A stretch of DNA of 64,000 bases from Octopus sinensis (Eukaryota), in contig NC_043011.1 in NCBI RefSeq assembly GCF_006345805.1, forward strand, positions 53,270,464 to 53,334,463, read 5' to 3'. The translations under genes and the position numbers were made by a program. Within the stretch, counting starts at the first letter, position 1; every line of letters starts with the position of its first letter. Under the pieces are notes generated by a model. That model saw nothing but the letters and a program-made list of their open reading frames with translations. It ran no database searches and was not told the DNA's origin. Below are positions 36,469-50,109 of the stretch, piece by piece.

Positions 36469-36632
36469 ATGCGTAGGTGTGACCATACAGGTCAAGAAGT
36501 TTGCTTCTAAACCACATGGTTTTGGGTTCAGTCCTACTAATTGCCTTCTACAATAGCCCCAGGCTGACCAAAGTGTGTTGTAAAGATAAAGAAATCTGAT
36601 GCTCTTAAACAATTTCTTAAAAATAATTAAAT

Positions 36633-37210
36633 TATTGGGTTGTCTGGAAAGTTCATGCCGATTTTTAAAGGAAAGATGAAGGTCAATAAATACCTGCTAT
36701 TACCTAAGCTTTACCAGGTGCTCATGAACGACGGATTTTGGTAGGTTGAAGCTTTCTGCCAATTCATGGGTTGTGCAATGTGGGTTATTCGCAATTAATG
36801 ACTTGATTTGGTCATCATCTGTAGTGGATGGCCTGCCTGATTGCTCTTTATCAATAAGGCTACAATCTCCAGCTTGGAACCTTGCAAACCACTTCCGTAC
36901 AGTTCTTTTGGATAAAGAAACATCACCGTAAACTGCGCATATTTCTTTGGTTGCTTGTGAGGCATTTTTCCCTTTACGGAATAAGAAAAGCATCAAGTGC
37001 TGAAAATGAACTTTCTTATCTTCCAATTTAAAGGGTTACAGAATTAACACAGGTTATAGGAACATAAACCTTCTTCCACAAAAAGATAGCTTAAACTGTG
37101 CTCTAAATGGAGGTGTAGTCAAATCCTATTTTATGGACTCAAACATGTTCTAAAATAAGTCGAAATGTAAGCTACTATAAATCGGCACGAACTTTCTGGA
37201 CAGCCCAATA
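36633..37210 (-). pseudogene. Internally deleted mariner (MITE-like) with both TIRs; N-terminal HTH ORF still open
   Basis: TIRs TATTGGGTTGTCTGGAAAGTTCATGCCGATTT and AAATCGGCACGAACTTTCTGGACAGCCCAATA; ORF 36700-37026 (HFQHLMLFLFRKGKNAS...VRKWFARF...SGRP). Confidence 0.9.
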
Positions 37211-37221
37211 TATATGATAGA

Positions 37222-37376
37222 CTTCATTCAGTTTGTATTGACCAAATCCACTCGCGAGGCTTTGGTCTGCCCAAGGCTCTAGCAGAAGACACATGCCCAA
37301 GGTGCCACACAGTGGATCTGAACCTAGAACCATGTGGATGAGAAGAAAATTCCATACAACACAGCCACGGCTGCAC
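37222..37376 (-). mobile_element. SINE family A head fragment
   Basis: CCAAATCCACTCGCGAGGCTTTGG...GCCCAAGGTGCCACACAGTGG. Confidence 0.75.
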
Positions 37377-37395
37377 ATAGTAATTTTTCATCATC

Positions 37396-37495
37396 NNNNN
37401 NNNNNNNNNNNNNNNNNNNNNNNNNNNNNNNNNNNNNNNNNNNNNNNNNNNNNNNNNNNNNNNNNNNNNNNNNNNNNNNNNNNNNNNNNNNNNNN
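37396..37495. other. Assembly gap (100 N)
   Basis: Run of N. Confidence 1.
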
Positions 37496-37575
37496 TCAAT
37501 AGATATGTGCTTTGCCCGCGGCTAAGAGTGGCTTTAACTCTTGTTTCTAGCATCACTTTAGTGATGACTGTACTG

Positions 37576-37636
<61 letters not shown>

Positions 37637-38654
37637 AAGTGTAGGTGTGTATATGTGTATGAGTGTGCGTATGTAATATATACGTGAATTTATGTTTACG
37701 GCACTTGATCTGAAACATCGCCGTGTATCATCGCCATTGCAAATAGCCAAACGAGGGGCACTACTCGTGATAGCTCGAGCAGCTAGAAATAGCAGTTAAA
37801 TCTCTTTAAAATTTCATTCACCCGGTTTAAGAAAAAGGACACATTGAATAATGTAGCAGCAACATAGCAAAAAAAACAAAAAAAACAAAAAAAAAGACGA
37901 GATCGTCACGGCTGGAACATCTTTGATCATCAGAAAAAGATGTCTGCTTGATCGATCGCAACTGACAAGGAGTCCAATAACAACAACAACAACAACGGTT
38001 GCAACAACAACTACAAGAATATCAGAAATAAAACTGATCAAAGAAATAGTAAAAGACGAGATTCTGTGTACCATACCGAAATGGTTGTTGTTGTTCTTGT
38101 TGTTGTTGTTGAGTTAGCCATAAAGCAACGGCGTTGAAGATTCTATTGCAAGCTCTACACCCTCGACACACACACACACAGTGAGAGACAGAGGCTAGCG
38201 CACTGATCTTACATAGGTGCGGACTCAAGAAGACTTGATCTAAAGCCGCTCTTATAATATTCAGTATATTAACGTGTGCATCACGCCTTTCTTTGGTTTT
38301 TCTCTTCTCTTCTCTTTCTGTATGTGTGTATGTGTGTTTGTGTCAGTGCAAAAGCTACAAGAGCAAAAATTTCTTTACCGAATAACCTCCACTCTCACTC
38401 TCACCCTACACACTCATTCACTTTCTTTCTCTTTCTCTCTCTCTCTATCACTCTCTCTGTTTTTCCTTCCTTCTTTCTTTCTCTCTTTCTCTCTCTCTCT
38501 CTCTTTCTCGTGATATCGCTGAAGTTTGTTGCTTTACAGATGCCGAACAGTTTTGATTTGATACACTGGATGTGTTTGTTGTTTGGACGTGTTAGCGGAA
38601 TGGTTTGGTTTATGGTGAATGTGTGCAGTGTTGTAGGACTTAACAGATAAAGGA

Positions 38655-39162
38655 GAGGGAGAGAGAGAGAGAGAGAAGGAGAGAGAAGGAGAGAGAGAGA
38701 GAGAAACAGACAGACAGAGACAGACATAGAGAGAGACAGAGACAGAGAAAAAGAGAGACAGACAGACAGACAGCACGCATATATATATACATATACATAT
38801 ATATATACATATATATATATACATATACATATACATATATATACATACATATACATATACATACATTACATACATATACATATATATATACATATACATA
38901 TACATACTATCCATACATATACATACATATCATACATATACATACATATACATTATAATACATACATATACATACATACATACACATAATATACATACAT
39001 ATACATACATAACATACATATACATACATATACATATATACATACATATACATACATATACATACATATCATATATATACATACATATACATATACATAC
39101 CTATACATACATACACATATACATATATATATATACATACATACATATACATACATACTACA

Positions 39163-39194
<32 letters not shown>

Positions 39195-39230
39195 CATACA
39201 CACACATATATATCATACATATACATACAT

Positions 39231-39261
<31 letters not shown>

Positions 39262-39330
39262 ATAATATATATACATATTATAAATAACATATATAATACA
39301 TATATATAATATATATACATAATATATATA
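38655..39330. repeat. (GA)n and (CATA)n/(TA)n microsatellites
   Basis: Direct inspection. Confidence 0.95.
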
Positions 39331-39331
39331 T

Positions 39332-39608
39332 AATCCTTAAAATCCTTAAAATGTTTTAGCCCGAAGGCCGCGGCATCTGGGGCACCACGCTGAATAGCCA
39401 CACATAGTTTGTGAATCCCACCTCTGATACGTGGCACTTGATCACAAGGGATTCGATGCTGCTGCCCGCATCCGCGTATCCTGTCGTGAGGTATTCATCT
39501 GGGACTTCCACCAAGAATATCCAGTTTAGTTTTAAAGAAACCCACATCCACACATGTAAGTCTCTCAGGCATTTAGGGAGGATGTATAAAAGCGGTGGTC
39601 CTCTGAAT
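39332..39608 (-). mobile_element. CR1/Zenon-like LINE 3' end with (TTTTAAGGA)n tail
   Basis: Frameshifted translation FRGPPLLYILPKCLRDLH / VDVGFFKTKLDI / EVPDE fits the CR1-type C-terminus (GP.LFN.LP..LR....FK..LD.....VPDEP). Confidence 0.7.
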
Positions 39609-39789
39609 ATATATACATAAATATATATATATACATATACATACATATACATATATATACATTTATATATTTTATATTAGAGAGAGAGGAGAAGGTTCTA
39701 TGGAAAATACCTGAAAATAATATGTCTATGCGATGATGGCAAACTTTCAACTTGATCTTGTACTCGCTCAACTTACGTTCTTCAATGGC

Positions 39790-39897
39790 ATATATATATA
39801 TATACACACGTTATGAATATCACTAAAAACCTCTGTGTGTGTATACAGGCTTTAACACGTTTTTTTATGGGGCAGGGAGATACACGAGTTAACCTGC

Positions 39898-39942
<45 letters not shown>

Positions 39943-40178
39943 GTATATGTAAAAATATAATCATATATATATAATATACATATATATACATATATATATA
40001 CATATATATATATATACATATATAGATATGTATACATATATATATACATATGTATATGTATATAGCTAAGTGTGTGTGTGTGTGTAAATGTATGTGTGTA
40101 TGTATATGTATCCTTCCGAAAAGTATCTGAGTTACTCGTAAAGTTATTGTGTTTTGGCTGGATGATACATGCTGGAAT

Positions 40179-40240
<62 letters not shown>

Positions 40241-40263
40241 GCACGCACACACACACACACACC

Positions 40264-40309
<46 letters not shown>

Positions 40310-40493
40310 CGCATACAAATGTATAGATAGCTTCGTATATTTATACATATATTCACACAAGTATTGTTGCATATACGTATATGTGTAATATGTACACATT
40401 AGATACTCATGTTTGTATGTGTATGTGTATTTGTGCGCGCACGTGTATGTACTTTGTATGTGTGTATGTGTGTGTGCCTGTATGTGTGTCTGC

Positions 40494-40535
<42 letters not shown>
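39790..40535. repeat. (TA)n, (CA)n and (TG)n microsatellite region
   Basis: Direct inspection. Confidence 0.9.
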
Positions 40536-41039
40536 ATGTGTACTGAAAGCAGATGCATCGTGCAAAACGTAACTGCGATATTCGTCCTGAAATAGGATAT
40601 CATATAGACGCACAGCGTTAAAAAAACCCAAAAATATATCAGTAACGATGGTAATGCTACTACCAAATGTACATTTCTGCTTCTTTGCACTTCGTCAGTA
40701 TCAAGTATCCAATGGCAACGGCATGCTACGACAAAATCTGCCGTTACAGATACAATAAAAGAATGACTGAAAAATCACTGATGTAGCAATTAGCCGCCCG
40801 GCTGAACGAAAATTCGTATTATGCAAGATATATTTATGTGTTATTGACAAACTATTGTTTTCAACACTCTACGTCTATAAGAGACGCTAAGTCGGGATGA
40901 ATGTAGCATTTAATTAGGCTTTCAGTGAAGTACCTGCATTAAGTATAATACGGCGATTGCTACATTAAACATAACCAGTTTTTTAATTGTATTTATTTAA
41001 CGGTAAACATCAGCAAGCAAAGATGTAAAAAGTTTGTTT

Positions 41040-41167
41040 CTCAACCACATTGGCTCCGGATTCAGTCCCACTGCGTGGCATCTTGGGCAAATGTCATCTA
41101 CTAGAGCCCCAGGTGGACCAATGCTTCATGAGTGAGTTTGGTAGAAAAAACTAAAAGAAGAAGCAAA

Positions 41168-41200
<33 letters not shown>

Positions 41201-41302
41201 GTGTGTGTGTCAAGAGAGAGAGAATGGGGGGGAGAACAGTGAAAGACAGATAGATATATGTGTATGTATGTATGTATTGTGTGATCGTGTGGCTGTGTGT
41301 GT

Positions 41303-41339
<37 letters not shown>

Positions 41340-41530
41340 TGATTTGTGTTTGTTCTTCACCAGCGCCTAACAACCGGTTCTGGTTTGTTTATATCCGAAT
41401 AACTTAACAGTTCGGTGGGAGGGGAAATGACTGACAGAATACGTAAAAGGCTTTAAAATAAAAAGTACTGAAACCTTTCAAGTCGGTGCTCCAGCATGGC
41501 GTAGTCCAATGAACGAAACAAGTAAAATAT
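41040..41530 (+). mobile_element. SINE family A, degraded
   Basis: CAGTCCCACTGCGTGGCATCTTGGGCAA head; GGTGCTCCAGCATGGCG...GAAACAAGTAAAA tail. Confidence 0.7.
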
Positions 41531-41729
41531 AAACGAGAACAACTGAGACAAATGCAAATTTTCGACCTTTTATTTTGTGAGCGAGTTTAGCTGCACCCTT
41601 TATACCAGGGTAAAACCGTTACTGGTATAAATGTAAATGCAGCGACCCTTTCATTTGAAACCCTAATCACTTGTTTATTTTACTCAATGACTATAATCAA
41701 AAGTAGTCTTCGATTCTCTAATGATGTGG

Positions 41730-42040
41730 GTGGAGGCACATGGCCTAGTGGTTAGAGTAGCGGACTCGCGGTCGAAGGATCGCGGGTTCGAATCTCAGAC
41801 TGGGCGATGTGTGTGTTTATGAGCGAAACACCTAAGCTCCACGCTGCTCCGGTAGAAGGTAATGGCGAACTTCTGCTGACTCCTTCGCCACAACTTTCTC
41901 TCACTCTTTCCTCCTGCATCTTGCCGCTCACCTGCGATGGACCGGCGTCCCGTCCCGTCCTGGTGGGGAACCTATACGCCAAGGAAACCGGGAAATCGGT
42001 CCTATGAGCCAGGGATGGCTCGAGAAGGAACAAACAACAA
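41730..42040 (+). mobile_element. SINE family F
   Basis: GTGGAGGCACATGGCCTAGTGG...GGTTCGAATC; homologous to 30526-30831. Confidence 0.85.
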
Positions 42041-42149
42041 AACAATGATGAGGGTAGAAATAAACGAGGGAGTGTCTGTGTTGTCGATCGACATGCTAGA
42101 AGTAGCACCCAAATCTCCTCCAACCACAGTCTACTATTTTTAATATGGG

Positions 42150-42468
42150 AAGGCGGCGAGCTGACAAAATCGTTAGCACGGCCTGACAAAATGCTTAGCA
42201 GTATTCCGTCGGACTACGTTTTGAGTTCAAATTCCGCCGAGGTCGACTTTGCCTTTCATCCTTTCGTGGTCGATTAAATAAGTACCAGTTACGCACTGGG
42301 GTCGATGTAATCGACTTAATCCCTTTGTCTGTCCTTGTTTGCCCCCCCCCCTGTTTAGCCCCCTGTGGGCAATAAAGAAATTAAATAAGCTGAGCATTGG
42401 GGTCGATGTAATCGACTTAACCCACCCACCCCCGCACTTGCTGACCTTGTACCAAAAATTGAAACTAG
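42150..42468 (+). mobile_element. SINE family B full copy (tail 1) followed by a partial copy (tail 2)
   Basis: AAGGCGGCGAGCTG...GAGTTCAAATTCC...GACTTTGCCTTTCATCCTTTCG; second GGGGTCGATGTAATCGACTTAA at ~42398. Confidence 0.85.
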
Positions 42469-42821
42469 TACCGGCTTGATACAGTACATAACTTAATCCT
42501 CGAACATCCGCCTAAAATATATTATGGTCGTAGCTGAAATGCTTTTCATCATTGTCTACACGATCAGATCCGGCTTGAGGATTAAGCAACAGCCAATAGC
42601 TGGTGAACATAAAATGATGTAAGTCACCGAGTGAGTGCCGAGTTCTAATCATTCGCATACATTCGTCCAACTTTATATCAATGTAAGAAATCAATATTTT
42701 CCCATAAGCTGCTTGTACTACCTTCTTCACAATTTAACTGGGGAAATATACTTTTTTTTTGTCTTCCCCTCCTCTGGCGGGTTCTTTCTCCTCTCCTTTT
42801 GGCAGCTGAAATCAGTATTTC

Positions 42822-43053
42822 AGGACGGTGAGCTGGCAGAAACGTTAGCACGCCGGGCGAAATGCGTAGCCGTATTTCGTCTGCCGCTACGTTCTGAGTT
42901 CAAATTCCGCCGAGGTCGACTTTGCCTTTCATCCTTGCGGGGTCGATAAAATAAGTACCAGTTATTCACTGGGGTCGATATAATCGACTTAATCCGTTTG
43001 TCTGTCCTTGTTTGTCTCCTCTGTGTTTAGCCCCTTGTGGGTAGTAAAGAAAT
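42822..43053 (+). mobile_element. SINE family B, full copy (tail 1)
   Basis: Aligns with 56110-56348. Confidence 0.9.
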
Positions 43054-43387
43054 CAGTATTTCTTGTGTTATTTCTCACACGTTCTTCGATATCACATTTT
43101 GCCATCTCTCCTCTCTCTCTCACTCTCTCCGTGATAGGTATAACTCATCCACACTATCTCTGTGATGTACCAAACCTTATACACGAACATTGTCTTTCTG
43201 TTTGTGCAGTCAATGCCTTAGTTCTTCCTTAGCCCAGTTCAGAAAAAGCAGCAGAATATCGTATTAGAGACACCACCCATGTGTTTAGTGCAGAAATGCT
43301 TTTCTCTCTATTCAATTTCTAGCTGAACACGTTTCTTACTCTCCTTAGATATCCATCATCATCGTCATCGTCATCATTAAACTGCCC

Positions 43388-43510
43388 AGATCGACTTTGC
43401 CTTTCATCCTTTCGGAGTCGATAAAATAAGTACCAGTTGAGTACTAGGGTCAATGTACTCGACCAGCCCCTTCCCCAAAATTCTCAGGCTTTGTGCCTAT
43501 AGTAGAAATA
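43388..43510 (+). mobile_element. SINE family B, 5'-truncated (tail 2)
   Basis: GACTTTGCCTTTCATCCTTTCGGAGTCGATAAAATAAGTACCAG. Confidence 0.8.
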
Positions 43511-43749
43511 ATAATAATTATTGTTGTTGTTATTGTTTTGTTTACCTTCTTTCTTCAAATTTTCTTCCATTTCTCGCCGGGTGTTTTCCGTACACCTAGG
43601 GCAGAGAAGCTCATTGTATGCATTCCCAGATTACACACGCAAATTCACAGGTAAAATATGCAATTAAAAAAAATGAATAAATAAATAAATTCATGAATGG
43701 ATGTTGTTTTCACAGCTATAATGTTCTTCACAGTATATTCTTCTTATTA

Positions 43750-44520
<771 letters not shown>

Positions 44521-44794
44521 CATGAAACAAAACCATGACTATTCCGCTTCGAACACAACAGAAAGAGCCTTTGTGTGGCGATGCAATCTACAAGAAATAG
44601 CAACCAAATCTCCTTCAAATCCTAATGTCTTTTAAAAATGGAAGGACGCATTAAACAGTATAATCCCAAAATATATAATCCTAAAATGACGGACTAGTCA
44701 CGGTTAGAAGGCCTTACATCATAGACTTGAGTTTAAACAGTAACATCCTGTTGTGACTGTTGTCAATCTTAACTTCGTGATATCTTTTTTTTTT

Positions 44795-44965
44795 TATCCT
44801 TTGCATGTTTCAATCATTGGATTGCGGCCATACTGGGGCTCTGCTTTGAGAGTTTAGTCGAGCAAATTGATTCCAATATTTTATTTTTTGCTTTTTAAGT
44901 CTGGTACTTATTCTGTCGGTCTCTTTTACCGACTTGCTAAGTTATGGGAGTCGTAGCAAAACTAA
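44795..44965 (-). mobile_element. SINE family A tail fragment, old
   Basis: GCGGCCATACTGGGGCTCTGC...TACTTATTCTGTCGGTCTCTTTT. Confidence 0.65.
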
Positions 44966-44988
44966 TGCTACTTGCCAAGAAGCAGGAG

Positions 44989-45028
<40 letters not shown>

Positions 45029-45702
45029 ACACATCTTATGCATAAATGACAATTTCTGTTACCATCCAGCTGCTTACACCATTAAACCAATCATGACGAA
45101 ACTTTCCATACATGTTAAACTAACATCCAGTTCAATTAAAGGCTAATTGGATTTCAATAAAAATCTATAATGCCCCCCCCCCCCTCAGAGGCTTTGGGCT
45201 ATTACTTGCTAAGATGAGAAGGGTGCAAGAGTGTTAGAGTGAGAGAAACGTGGTAGCATAGTAAGTGTGGATGATATCAGGGAAGGGGAGAACAGCGTTG
45301 TGTAAGCGACAATTATGGAGTGGCAGTGGGATGATAACGTTAATACAACTGTCAATCAGGGATATACACGCGACGCTGCATACATATTTTCGTAAATACA
45401 TAGATATATGCATACACACGCACACACTGCACGCACACACTAACACGTGCACATACACATAAGTAACTTTTAAAACGCCGAGGAAGGGAAAGAAAAGTGG
45501 GTGTGACGAATACGTAGATTTAAGGAGAGAGGGGCAGGTGGATTTTCTTCTGTCCATCGCAAAAAACACACTCAGATACACATACGCACATACATACATC
45601 TACATGCATACATGCATTCGTACATACAAATACATACATACATACATACATACATACATGCGTGCATACATACATACATACATACATACATACATACATA
45701 CA

Positions 45703-45733
<31 letters not shown>

Positions 45734-45734
45734 G

Positions 45735-46411
45735 TCTACTATACACCATTTTAAACTCGGGATTACCTGCGTGTACATTGGTAAAAATGTGTGTGTATGT
45801 GCGTGTGTGTTTCAGTGCGTGTGTGTGTGTCTGAGAATCCTATAACTATCTGTCTCTCTACTTTTGTAGGGTCATCCCGGTTGCTGTCACATGTTGTGAA
45901 ATTTTAAAAATTACATCCAAATTTTCAAATTTGGAATATTGAAATAATTTTCCACGTTAAATCCAATTTTGTTATTCATTTATTGCAGAAAAATGTTACC
46001 GAGGTTTAAAGTTTAATCAATTTTACCTAATCAGAAACTAGGATTTAGAAGCTGGCATTTTTTGCATGGTAGCTAGCTATCACGAAATGAAAGCAAAGTC
46101 ATTACGAGGGGAAATTTTTATTAACCCAACGAAAGCAAAACATTGCAACGATCGAAGTTGTAAGAACTTCTGAAGTTTTACTAAGTTTTAATGAATAAAG
46201 TCATGTGAAACGGTCGAAGAGACATGTAAATAATTTAAAAAGGAAAAAAAAAAATCCTCAATGAAATTTTTTTGCAAAAAATAGCACAAATCTGTCCTGA
46301 CCAAGAGGTCTATCTGTCCGGAGAAGACATTGTCTGAAATGGAATATACAAAAATTTATATAAGACATTCTATTGTAAAAATTGCCCGGCAACGGCGGGC
46401 TATTCAGCTAC
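45735..46411 (+). mobile_element. Helitron-like non-autonomous element (copy 2 at 47685-48359)
   Basis: 5' TCTACTATAC; 3' hairpin GCCCGGCAACGGCGGGC then CTAC|T (not CTAG); the 5' flank is G rather than A. Confidence 0.5.
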
Positions 46412-46531
46412 TATATGTAGGAGAAGGTATTTGCTCAGGGACCGCGCAATGAGACTGGACCCACAACCACAGGCTTGCAAAGCTAGCTCCTTAACCATGC
46501 AGCGATGCCTGTGCGTATAGTGATGATTAAA

Positions 46532-47010
46532 TACCGCAAATCCTCGAGTATAATCTGCATTTTTTCCCCAAAAAATTTAATGGTCAAAATCCCTAGAGCG
46601 TACTATATACGAGGTTAAAAATGAAAAATATTTCCTAAGCAATGTCCGAGTCTCTATTTGCTGTCCGGCAATGTTTATTCGGACGCATTTTGTGATGTCG
46701 GGCGCGAAAATACCTTAAGCTAAGATTGAAACGTTATTACTATTATTACTGTTATTTCTTTATTTCTTTATTTCTGCAACACAAAATGCACAAAGAAGCT
46801 ACACGTTTGCATTATTTATATATACAATAATAATAAAGGACGTTACCGTATACATTTTTACAAACCAAGGACGTTATATAGATTTCCTTGACTCAAGTTA
46901 GAGAAGGGGTGCGTGTTATACACAAGGTTTAAGTTTTTCAGAGGTACAGCCCCCTAAAAATCCCCTGCGCATTATACTCAAGGGCAGACTATACTCGAGG
47001 ATTTGCAGTA
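46532..47010. mobile_element. Tc1/mariner (Tc2-like) MITE (copy 2 at 48480-48949)
   Basis: TA-CCGCAAATCCTCGAGTATAATC ... GACTATACTCGAGGATTTGCAG-TA terminal inverted repeats with TA TSD and subterminal repeats. Confidence 0.8.
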
Positions 47011-47652
47011 AAAAAAATGATAATACGTAGCCTATTTTCTAATAAAAATTTTGAAAGAAAACAATACCAAAAAATACAATTGCTTATTTGTTTTATTAGT
47101 CATAACTGTGTATCACATAATTATGAATAGCGTGCATCTCGAGACACTCAAGAATTAATATTAGTTTTTCTAAACCATTAAATGATATTTTCTTTTTAAA
47201 AAATTGGTAGTGCCTCTAGGTCCCTCACACCAGTAGATCGTTCGAGAAACATTGCCATATCGAATACAGCTTATTGTGGGGTCGTTATGACACGGCAGAT
47301 AACTTCAGTGTTTCATTTAGAAATGATTTCTAAGCAGCTCTAACAGAACTATGCAACGGTCTTCTGGGTTTAGCACGATAACTTTACAAAACCATCATAA
47401 TAATTGTATTACAAGTACCAGAATATGAACAATCGCATACTTCAAGTGACATTCCACTTTACTCCACCAGATGTGTCTTCAATTATTCTTTCGGCAAGTT
47501 ATTCAGTATTTCACTCTTTAATCTCAATTCATGCCACTGGTCCGCTCAAATTGTTTCCCTTGGTTAATTATGCCAAAATACTAACCAGAAAAAAGAAGCC
47601 TCAAACTCATAAATACATACATATATACATAATACATACATACATACATACA

Positions 47653-47683
<31 letters not shown>

Positions 47684-49624
47684 GTCTACTATACACCATT
47701 TTAAACTCGGGATTACCTGCGTGTACATTGGTAAAAATGTGTGTGTATGTGCGTGTGTGTTTCAGTGCGTGTGTGTGTGTCTGAGAATCCTATAACTATC
47801 TGTCTCTCTACTTTTGTAGGGTCATCCCGGTTGCTGTCACATGTTGTGAAATTTTAAAAATTACATCCAAATTTTCAAATTTGGAATATTGAAATAATTT
47901 TCCACGTTAAATCCAATTTGTTATTCATTTATTGCAGAAAAATGTTACCGAGGTTTAAAGTTTAATCAATTTTACCTAATCAGAAACTAGGATTTAGAAG
48001 CTGGCATTTTTTGCATGGTAGCTAGCTATCACGAAATGAAGCAAAGTCATTACGAAGGGAAATTTTTATTAACCCAACGAAAGCAAAACATTGCAACGAT
48101 CGAAGTTGTAAGAACTTCTGAAGTTTTACTAAGTTTTAATGAATAAAGTCATGTGAAACGGTCGAAGAGACATGTAAATAATTTAAAAAGGAAAAAAAAA
48201 AATCCTCAATGAAATTTTTTTGCAAAAAATAGCACAAATCTGTCCTGACCAAGAGGTCTATCTGTCCGGAGAAGACATTGTCTGAAATGGAATATACAAA
48301 AATTTATATAAGACATTCTATTGTAAAAATTGCCCGGCAACGGCGGGCTATTCAGCTACTATATGTAGGAGAAGGTATTTGCTCAGGGACCGCGCAATGA
48401 GACTGGACCCACAACCACAGGCTTGCAAAGCTAGCTCCTTAACCATGCAGCGATGCCTGTGCGTATAGTGATGATTAAATACCGCAAATCCTCGAGTATA
48501 ATCTGCATTTTTCCCCCCAAAATTTAATGGTCAAAATCCCTAGAGCGTACTATATACGAGGTTAAAAATGAAAAATATTTCCTAAGCAATGTCCGAGTCT
48601 CTATTTGCTGTCCGGCAATGTTTATTCGGACGCATTTTGTGATGTCGGGCGCGAAAATACCTTAAGCTAAGACTGAAACGTTATTACTATTATTACTGTT
48701 ATTTCTTTATTTCTGCAAACAAAATGCACAAAGAAGCTACACGTTTGCATTATGTTATATATACAATAATAATAAAGGACGTTACCGTATACATTTTTAC
48801 AAACCAAGGACGTTATATAGATTTCCTTGACTCAAGTTAGAGAAGGGGTGCGTGTTATACACAAGGTTTAAGTTTTTCAGAGGTACAGCCCCCTAAAAAT
48901 CCCCTGCGCATTATACTCAAGGGCAGACTATACTCGAGGATTTGCAGTAAAAAAAATGATAATACGTAGCCTATTTTCTAATAAAAATTTTGAAAGAAAA
49001 CAATACCAAAAAATACAATTGCTTATTTTGTTTTATTAGTCATAACTGTGTATCACATAATTATGAATAGCGTGCATCTTGAGACACTCAAGAATTAATA
49101 TTAGTTTTTCTAAACCATTAAATGATATTTTCTTTTTAAAAAATTGGTAGTGCCTCTAGGTCCCTCACACCAGTAGATCGTTCGAGAAACATTGCCATAT
49201 CGAATACAGCTTATTGTGGGGTCGTTATGACACGGCAGATAACTTCAGTGTTTCATTTAGAAATTATTTCTAAGCAGCTCTAACAGAACTATGCAAAGGT
49301 CTTCTGGGTTTAGCACGATAACTTTACAAAACCATCATAATAATTGTATTACAAGTACCAGAATATGAACAATCGCATACTTCAAGTGACATTCCACTTT
49401 ACTCCACCAGATGTGTCTTCAATTATTCTTTCGGCAAGTTATTCAGTATTTCACTCTTTAATCTCAATTCATGCCACTGGTCCGCTCAAATTGTTTCCCT
49501 TGGTTAATTATGCCAAAATACTAACCAGAAAAAAGAAGCCTCAAACTCATAAATACATACATATATACATAATACATACATACATACATACACATACATA
49601 CATACATACATACATACATACATA

Positions 49625-50077
49625 ACCAATTCCTGGATTTTTACACCTTCGGATTACTGTTACCATTCTTCCGGAGTATGCCACTGTAATCGTACAAAAA
49701 AATTTGTCCGTGACTCTTCCACTTTTTCCTCGTCCTCTTTTACCTTTCTTCTTCTACTTCCACCTTTCCGCTTGTGTCGCCACCACTTACACCAACACAG
49801 GCATTCACTACTTCTCAACATGCCTGACTTGCACTCGTTCCTCCAACACCTTCACTTTCTGGTCATTCAAAATGTGACCGCGTGTGTACCGTTGGCGATT
49901 TTTTTCCTCCGTCTTCCCTTCTCTGGATCTTTCCTTCTCCTATGTTTCCGACGAAGAGCTCCGCTCGAAACGTTAAACCCTCCTTCTTTCGTTCTTTCCT
50001 GAGCGTCCAATAATACTATATTTGTTCCACGTCCTCGCGTTGTTGTGTTTTTTTTGTGCTTTCATGTTTGGATTAAC

Positions 50078-50080
<3 letters not shown>
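49625..50080 (+). mobile_element. Penelope-like terminal fragment with a hammerhead-like motif, flanked by (TACA)n
   Basis: Pyrimidine-rich tract; GTTT-CCGACGA-A-GAGC-TCC-GCTC-GAAACGTT-AAAC at 49944-49978. Confidence 0.55.

Positions 50081-50109
<29 letters not shown>

Larger units (their letters stand above)
45735..49622. repeat. Tandem duplication of a ~1.95-kb unit (45735-47684 and 47685-49622)
   Basis: The copies are nearly identical with scattered substitutions and indels; they are bounded by (TACA)n tracts. Confidence 0.95.

Noticed and set aside
37780-37850. Recurring AGCTAGAAATAGCAG.CAAATCT motif (also ~42095, 44590, 63085, reverse at 63375-63420)
   Set aside because: Probably another old dispersed repeat, but too decayed to delimit or classify.
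41730-41810. tRNA genes (also 16780-16853, 27855-27915, 30760-30831)
   Set aside because: A and B boxes are present, but there is no complete acceptor stem and each continues into a SINE body.
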